A DNA stretch of 5,014 nt from contig NW_021830175.1 in NCBI RefSeq assembly GCF_006345805.1, positions 1 through 5,014 on the forward strand. Reading direction: 5' to 3'. Both the position numbers and the translations under genes were made by a program. This DNA comes from Octopus sinensis. Its lineage: Eukaryota. The notes under the pieces were generated by a model. It saw nothing but the letters and a program-made list of their open reading frames with translations, had not been told where the DNA came from and ran no database searches. Below, piece after piece: positions 1 to 5,014 of this stretch; the first letter of the stretch is position 1, and every line of letters starts with the position of its first letter.

Positions 1-22
1 TAAATATCTCCCCTTTTCTTAC

Positions 23-113
23 TCTCTAGCATAAGAAGTTAAACTTAATAGCGTGAGTCTGCCATTTGCATTTCTCCGTCTGTCAAAGTTTCTTAGATAT
101 TTTTCTTTGTATC
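23..113 (-). CDS. Possible internal coding exon (C of a speculative minus-strand model), phase 1 to 2
   Basis: Minus strand reads ttaaattacag|GATAC...AGAGA|gtaaga. The 91-nt frame is open: (G)YKEKYLRNFDRRRNANGRLTLLSLTSYAR(E/D). Good donor, weak polypyrimidine tract, no recognised homology. Confidence 0.15.
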
Positions 114-442
114 CTGTAATTTAATCCAGTTTTAACGTTCGTTGTGCATTGACGGGAGAAAAGGAAGCTATAATTGAAAATAAAATATTAGAAGTATGTT
201 TAACTCTCAGTTCAACAATACGTTTGATGTCTCTATCAGTCATTACGGTTCACAAATAAACTAAACGTTTTTCCTTTAAAAAATTAATATTTTGTTTTCT
301 TTTTCCTGGCGTTGTTTTTTCAAATGTATATCCGCTATTTTTTTATCATATGTTCTTGCTTTTAAAATATGTCTGGATATGTTTAAACATGAATGCATGT
401 TTGTAAGTAGACATAATATATATATATAATGTGTATATGTAG

Positions 443-537
443 ATTTGTATGTATGTAGATGCAACATATGTATATATATTTGTATGTATGTAGATGCAAC
501 ATATGTATATATATTTGTGTGTATGTAGATGCAACAT
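443..537 (+). repeat. 35-bp tandem minisatellite (~2.7 copies)
   Basis: Unit ATTTGTATGTATGTAGATGCAACATATGTATATAT starts at 443, 478 and 513 (period 35). Confidence 0.95.
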
Positions 538-542
538 GTGTG

Positions 543-686
<144 letters not shown>

Positions 687-1000
687 TGTATGTATGTATG
701 TATATGTATATATGTATATATGCATATATATATATGAATACGCCCGCGTGCGCACACACACACATATACGGACATGTATGCTCGCACACAGACAGATACA
801 GACAGACACACACACACTCATGTATACATTGCTCATTTATTGACATTATGTTCCACCCAAAAGGCAATATCAATTTCAATTCACAATTTAACATCAAGAA
901 ACTTGCGTATATAAATATACATATACGTGTATGTTTGTATGTATATCTGTGTATAATATATATATATATATATACATACATACATACGAATATATTTATA
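687..1000. repeat. Low-complexity TATG/TA/CA/CAGA tracts with a short unique stretch (~825-905)
   Basis: Degenerate (TATG)n, (TA)n, (CA)n and (TACA)n runs are visible directly. Confidence 0.85.
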
Positions 1001-1022
1001 TACTACTACTACAACAACAACA

Positions 1023-1060
<38 letters not shown>

Positions 1061-1088
1061 ACTACTAATAATAATAATAATAATAATA
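1001..1088. repeat. Compound trinucleotide microsatellite (TAC)n-(AAC)n-(TAC)n-(TAA)n, probable retroelement tail
   Basis: Read directly. On the minus strand it is an (ATT)n/(AGT)n run starting about 10 nt after an AATAAA. Confidence 0.92.
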
Positions 1089-1096
1089 GTGATAAT

Positions 1097-1300
1097 TCTT
1101 TATTGATCACACGGGCACACAAAAACAGAGGACGATGGATCACAAGTGGGAATTTATATAAAGTGCGTGTAAAGAGTGAAAAAAACAAAACAAATAACAA
1201 TAATTCAAACAATAGAATTCCCCAAAAGGGGGAAACTTGATCCAGGGGCAATCAAAGAACCTTGCTCATCCTGGACACCCCGAACTCCGACAGAGAACCA
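1097..1300 (-). mobile_element. Probable 5'-truncated non-LTR retrotransposon (LINE) 3' UTR remnant
   Basis: The minus strand has a T-rich 3'-UTR-like stretch ending CCCGTGTGATC-AATAAA (plus 1099-1104), then GAATTATC and an (ATT)n tail. This polyA-signal-plus-simple-repeat-tail layout is typical of LINE 3' ends. No RT ORF or TSD is visible, and the upstream boundary is uncertain. Confidence 0.55.
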
Positions 1301-1730
1301 CGGAACATTTGTTGGGCAGAGTTTGAGTCACGAAGAGCGCTGAAATGCCTGCAAACTGCTTGGCTCTCGAGTTATGGTGAATATCGCGCGTTATCTTTTT
1401 CAGTGTACATTTGCCTGACTAGCCGTCCCCGGCTGCTTGGTGTTTACAAGAACCCATTTACAAATTACGGGTTTTTTATGTGTTCATACCAACACTTCGG
1501 GGACGGGGACGGGGACGGCAATGTCCATCCACGCTTTTTCCCAGCTTTAACAGTTTGGCCGCTTGGGCCAGACTATATCCGTCTGTAGTATGTCCTTCCT
1601 ATAAAACTCTGTGCCTTTCGCAGCCGCTCCTGCAAATGATATTATTTTTCCCGAAACAGAATGAACATTTTCCTTTCGAAATTACGACCCCGAAAGGGAC
1701 ACAAACAAACGGACAAGCCAAACCTATTTA
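1300..1730. promoter_or_regulatory. GC/CpG-enriched island with candidate TATA box (TATAAAA 1600-1606), AP-1-like TGAGTCA (1324-1330) and Fox-like TGTTTAC (1441-1447)
   Basis: Visibly more GC- and CpG-rich than its flanks. The motif matches are short and could be chance; no TSS evidence. Confidence 0.25.
1422..1519. other. Imperfect ~100-nt hairpin closed by a 10-bp perfect inverted repeat; right arm is (GGGGAC)x3
   Basis: GCCGTCCCCG (1422-1431) pairs with CGGGGACGGC (1510-1519). Inner helices are TTGGT/ACCAA and AACCC/GGGTT. Confidence 0.6.
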
Positions 1731-1840
1731 ATTATGGTGTTTCTAACAAGCGTTTTTTAAAAACAAAGTAAACAATTAACAACTTTTGGAGACAGATTAA
1801 AACGATAAATTTCCGAGCAAGAAAACACGCATGTTTCCAC

Positions 1841-1846
1841 AATGAA

Positions 1847-1918
<72 letters not shown>

Positions 1919-2012
1919 TAATAATGATAATAATAATGATAATAATAATAATAATGATAATATAATAGTAATAATAATAATAATATAATAATAATTAATG
2001 ATGATGATGATG

Positions 2013-2049
<37 letters not shown>

Positions 2050-2054
2050 TAATA

Positions 2055-2089
<35 letters not shown>

Positions 2090-2164
2090 TAATGATGATG
2101 ATGATGATGATGATAATAATAATAAGATAATAATAATAATAATAATAATATAATAATGATGATG

Positions 2165-2205
<41 letters not shown>

Positions 2206-2226
2206 ATTAATAATAATAATAATGAT

Positions 2227-2264
<38 letters not shown>

Positions 2265-2269
2265 TGATG

Positions 2270-2303
<34 letters not shown>

Positions 2304-2445
2304 GAAGAAGAAGAAGAAGAAGAAGACGAAGAAGAAAAACAACAACACTATCACCATTACCACCACCACACGACGACGACAACGACCACACCCACCACCA
2401 CCACCACCACCACCACGAGCACCACCACACCACCATTACCACCCG
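1841..2445. repeat. ~600-bp compound trinucleotide array (AAT/GAT, then AAG, AAC, CAC/GAC)
   Basis: AAT with GAT blocks runs to ~2301, AAG 2302-2336, then AAC and CAC/GAC to ~2445. It explains the poly-I/L/Y/M/H pseudo-ORFs. Confidence 0.97.
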
Positions 2446-2545
2446 TATTTCTTACATTCCTCCACATTGTTAATCCTTTCGTATCCAAAATAAGAATTTA
2501 AATAAAAAAAAAACAACAACAACCCTTCCTTTTTAATCCAGTGAC

Positions 2546-2630
2546 CTTCCACAATCGATGGTTGACATTTCTTGTATGTCTCGAGGTTGTGCTTGGCGTA
2601 AAGTTCATTTATATTTATATTCGGAAAATT
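2546..2630 (-). CDS. Possible internal coding exon (B of the speculative model), phase 0 to 1
   Basis: Minus strand has a branch-like GCTGAC, a T-rich tract, then caccag|AATTTT...GGAAG|gtcact. The 85-nt frame is open: NFPNININELYAKHNLETYKKCQPSIVE(G). Weak donor. Confidence 0.15.
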
Positions 2631-2778
2631 CTGGTGCAGTACATTGACACAAAAATGTCAGCGACGCAAATGAAAACGTTATTGCTTTTTTTTTATTATT
2701 ATTTCTGTTCATTTATTTTCTCTCAGATCATTTTATCGCTATTTTTGCATGTGTATTTAGTTGTATTTTTATATCTGA

Positions 2779-2903
2779 GTGTGTGTACGTACGTACGTAC
2801 TTATGTATTATGTAAGTAAGTATGCATGTATGTATGTGTGTATGTATGTATGTATGTATGTATGTATTCATTATGTATTCATGCATGTATGTATATGTAC
2901 ATA
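2779..2903. repeat. (GT)n, (GTAC)4 and degenerate (TATG)n microsatellites
   Basis: Read directly; (GTAC)4 is at 2785-2800. Confidence 0.9.
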
Positions 2904-2954
2904 CGCAGCTAGTAAGACGTTGAAAACCACTATATTCAGTTGTCTTAAGAAGAT

Positions 2955-2982
2955 CATATATATATACATATACATATATATT

Positions 2983-3033
<51 letters not shown>

Positions 3034-3047
3034 TGTAAGTATATATA
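2955..3047. repeat. Interrupted (TA)n tract
   Basis: Read directly. Confidence 0.9.
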
Positions 3048-3334
3048 TATGTAAGTATATATATATGTTATAGATGTATTTACGTATTATGTATGTATAT
3101 ATATTACATATATATATATATACATGCATACATACATACATACATACAATATACATACATACATATATATGTATACATGTGTACACGTATACGCATTCCC
3201 ATACGCACTTTTCTTTGTACTTGTACTAACTCGAGAAACGTTATTAGACTATATATATATACATGCACACATACATACATATACTGTACATACATATATA
3301 TACATATGAAATTATATATATATATATATATTAT

Positions 3335-3432
<98 letters not shown>

Positions 3433-3698
3433 TCATATGTATAATAGGTATGTACAGTATATTGTATGGTATGGTGTGCCATGTATATATATATAGTCTA
3501 ATAACGTTTCTCGAGTTAGTACAAGTACAAAGAAAAGTGCGTATGGGAATGCGTATACGTGTACACATGTATACATATATATGTATGTATGTATATATGT
3601 ATGTATGTATGTATGTATGCATGTATATATATATATATGTATATATATATACATACATAATACGTAAATACATCTATACATATATATATACTTACATA
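3048..3698. repeat. Long inverted repeat (arms ~3048-3310 and ~3432-3698) around a 121-bp pure A/T spacer
   Basis: 3149-3265 is the exact reverse complement of 3480-3596 (117 bp, including non-repetitive GCATTCCCATACGCACTTTTCTTTGTACTTGTACTAACTCGAGAAACG). The rest of the arms align with a few indels. The ORF track shows the same peptide on both strands. Confidence 0.97.
3311..3431. repeat. Interrupted (TA)n spacer of the palindrome
   Basis: 121 nt with no G or C. Confidence 0.97.
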
Positions 3699-3864
3699 CA
3701 TAATACATAAATACATATATACATATAAGTATACATGTATATATATATATATGTATATATATATACATACATAATACGTAAATACATCTATACATATATA
3801 TATACTTACATACATAATACATAAATACATATATACATATAAGTATACATGTATATATATATAT
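3620..3864 (+). repeat. Exact 114-bp tandem duplication (~2.15 copies)
   Basis: 3620-3733 is identical to 3734-3847, and the match continues to 3864. Confidence 0.95.
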
Positions 3865-3894
3865 GTGAGTGTGTGTGTGTGTGTATGTATGTAT

Positions 3895-3988
3895 GTATAC
3901 GCATTTCCATGCGCGCTTTCTTTCCATTGTACTCATCTATCGTTAAACGAATGTACTAAACCGAGAAACGCCATTTTTAAGACTACAT
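3895..3988 (+). repeat. Diverged third copy of the palindrome core (possible dispersed repeat family)
   Basis: GTATACGCATTTCCATGCGCGCTTTC...TGTACTAAACCGAGAAACG...AGACTACATA aligns to 3187-3254 with substitutions and an extra 18 nt (CATCTATCGTTAAACGAA) between two TGTACT motifs. Confidence 0.85.
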
Positions 3989-3996
3989 AATGTCTA

Positions 3997-4176
3997 TCAA
4001 TTGCCTATTGATTTGAAAGACAGCACTAAACTGAGTGGGATAGGTTTCAACAACCCACACACGTTGCATAAATATGATGGTATGCCGTGGAAATGGTCGC
4101 AGTTGTCTTTGCTGATGTGAATGGTTGGGTCTTTGCACTCCTCAACTCCACTGGCCAATTCTAACCAAGTAGGTCC
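3997..4176 (-). CDS. Candidate coding exon (A), either terminal (stop at 3997-3999) or internal ending at 4063
   Basis: Good acceptor tttcttcatcttcag| precedes the open frame GPTWLELASGVEECKDPTIHISKDNCDHFHGIPSYLCN(VCGLLKPIPLSLVLSFKSIGN*). GC is elevated and many codons end in C. A weak donor AAC|gtgtgt sits at 4063/4062. Product not recognised. Confidence 0.3.
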   Translation of the reverse strand, partial: GPTWLELASGVEECKDPTIHISKDNCDHFHGIPSYLCNVCGLLKPIPLSLVLSFKSIGN

Positions 4177-4222
4177 CTGAAGATGAAGAAACTTTATTAT
4201 CATTACAAATATCATCGATACT

Positions 4223-4250
4223 TTTGTTGTTGTGGTTGTTGTTATTGTTG
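4223..4250. repeat. Short degenerate (TTG)n microsatellite
   Basis: Read directly. Confidence 0.8.
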
Positions 4251-4770
4251 TATAGTCTTGTATCAACCTTTATCTGTTAGTGCCGTTATCTAAGACATTC
4301 TAACAATCACATTCTCATTTTCCCAAATATAATTTTCTTTGACTAAATTACCTTTTTTTTTTTAAATTTTAGTTCGGACAACACGATGTGCATTTAAAGA
4401 GAAGTGACTTAACCCACTTTTTTCTAATAGCTAATTTGGTTGAGTCAATCTCTTAATGAGTTTCACCTGTCATTGCACAGGATCTTCAGGAATATATGCG
4501 TGTGTGTGCGTCTGTGTGATAGAGTCGATTAATCTCCTGTTAAAATACGATTCTTATTGGCTAAAGACTGTTCCATGCAGGAAATACTTGCATTACCCAC
4601 CCATCAATCCCATGATCTCAAGACAAACTTTCTTTTGTGCCTACATATTCCGTTCACTTCGAATTTGGAATTAAGGTAGAGACCTACTTGTTTTAAATAC
4701 TTCAATATTATTCTCTTCTCAGCAATGCATAAATTACTTTTCTTATGGCTATTAATAAGTCGTTTGGACT

Positions 4771-4910
4771 TTTGAAGTAATTTGTTTCTCATACTGTTGC
4801 GGAGGCAGTATATTTAATAGACACCACCTTCAAATACAGTATCGGATGTGATTGGACAGTTTCATCTGATTAGAGAGGTGCTACTCTCTAAGGAAACTGA
4901 CCAGACAATC
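4771..4910 (+). ncRNA. Candidate box H/ACA snoRNA/scaRNA
   Basis: Hairpin 1: TTTGAAG 4771-4777 / CTTCAAA 4828-4834, with upper stem ATACTG/CAGTAT. H box ACAGTA (ANANNA) at 4836-4841. Hairpin 2: TGGACAGTTTC 4853-4863 / GAAACTGACCA 4893-4903 (one mismatch), with upper stem TTAGAGAG/CTCTCTAA. ACA at 4905-4907 plus 3 nt. Total length 140 nt. Confidence 0.5.
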
Positions 4911-4960
4911 CACTATACCTATCTATGATGCTTTCACTCCATATTTTATTGTTTCACTTA

Positions 4961-4990
4961 CGCGTGCGCGCACACACACACGCACACACA
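4961..4990. repeat. Alternating purine-pyrimidine (CG)/(CA) microsatellite
   Basis: CGCGTGCGCGCACACACACACGCACACACA read directly. Confidence 0.9.
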
Positions 4991-5014
4991 CTGACTGTAT
5001 GTATGTCTGTTTGT

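Noticed and set aside
1262-1731. ORFs 1262-1588 (108 aa) and 1480-1731 (83 aa) on the plus strand
   Set aside because: Non-ATG or weak starts, no recognisable domain, and the first overlaps the antisense of the probable LINE UTR. Higher local GC makes such lengths unremarkable.
1732-2473. Homopolymeric ORFs (poly-I/L/Y/M/H/R)
   Set aside because: Direct consequence of the trinucleotide array.
2541-2819. 92-aa hydrophobic plus-strand ORF after a strong polypyrimidine/AG at 2540-2541
   Set aside because: GTG start, hydrophobicity driven by T-richness, and it runs into microsatellite; no convincing donor or homology.
2728-3936. Many YI/HT-rich ORFs, including the same peptide on both strands
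   Set aside because: Produced by TA/TACA repeats and the palindrome; useful only as evidence for the inverted repeat.
4581-4675. Possible plus-strand exon (catgcag|GAAA...TAAG|gtagag) that could be a host exon ~95 nt upstream of the H/ACA candidate
   Set aside because: Splice signals are mediocre and the peptide (EILALPTHQSHDLKTNFLL...) is unrecognised; not supportable without RNA-seq.
4860-4900. Partial complementarity of the 3' pocket (GGAAAC, CUGA) to the conserved LSU rRNA motif GUUUCCCUCAGG as I recall it
   Set aside because: The pairing would either engage the target U or mismatch both pocket-proximal positions, so the geometry is not canonical; left unassigned.
4845-4925. SECIS element or pre-miRNA interpretation of the 3' hairpin
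   Set aside because: There is no correctly spaced AUGA/GA quartet with apical AA in a paired helix, and the asymmetric internal loop plus boxes fit H/ACA better.

Overview
AT-rich, microsatellite-saturated eukaryotic (animal) DNA, most likely intronic or intergenic. The repeat mix (TA, TATG, TATC, AAT/GAT) resembles cephalopod or other mollusc genomes, but that is inference from composition only. Nearly all long ORFs in the six-frame track are artefacts of simple repeats, and no gene can be named. Supported structure: a 35-bp minisatellite; several microsatellites; a probable 3' remnant of a non-LTR retroelement on the minus strand (~1097-1300); a GC/CpG-richer island (~1300-1730) with a long imperfect hairpin; a ~600-bp compound trinucleotide array; a ~650-bp palindrome (3048-3698) with a 117-bp perfect core and a 121-bp pure A/T spacer; an exact 114-bp tandem duplication; and a third, diverged copy of the palindrome's unique core. 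The best non-repeat candidates are a ~140-nt plus-strand box H/ACA-like RNA (4771-4910) and a low-confidence, phase-compatible three-exon coding model on the minus strand (4176-4063, 2630-2546, 113-23).
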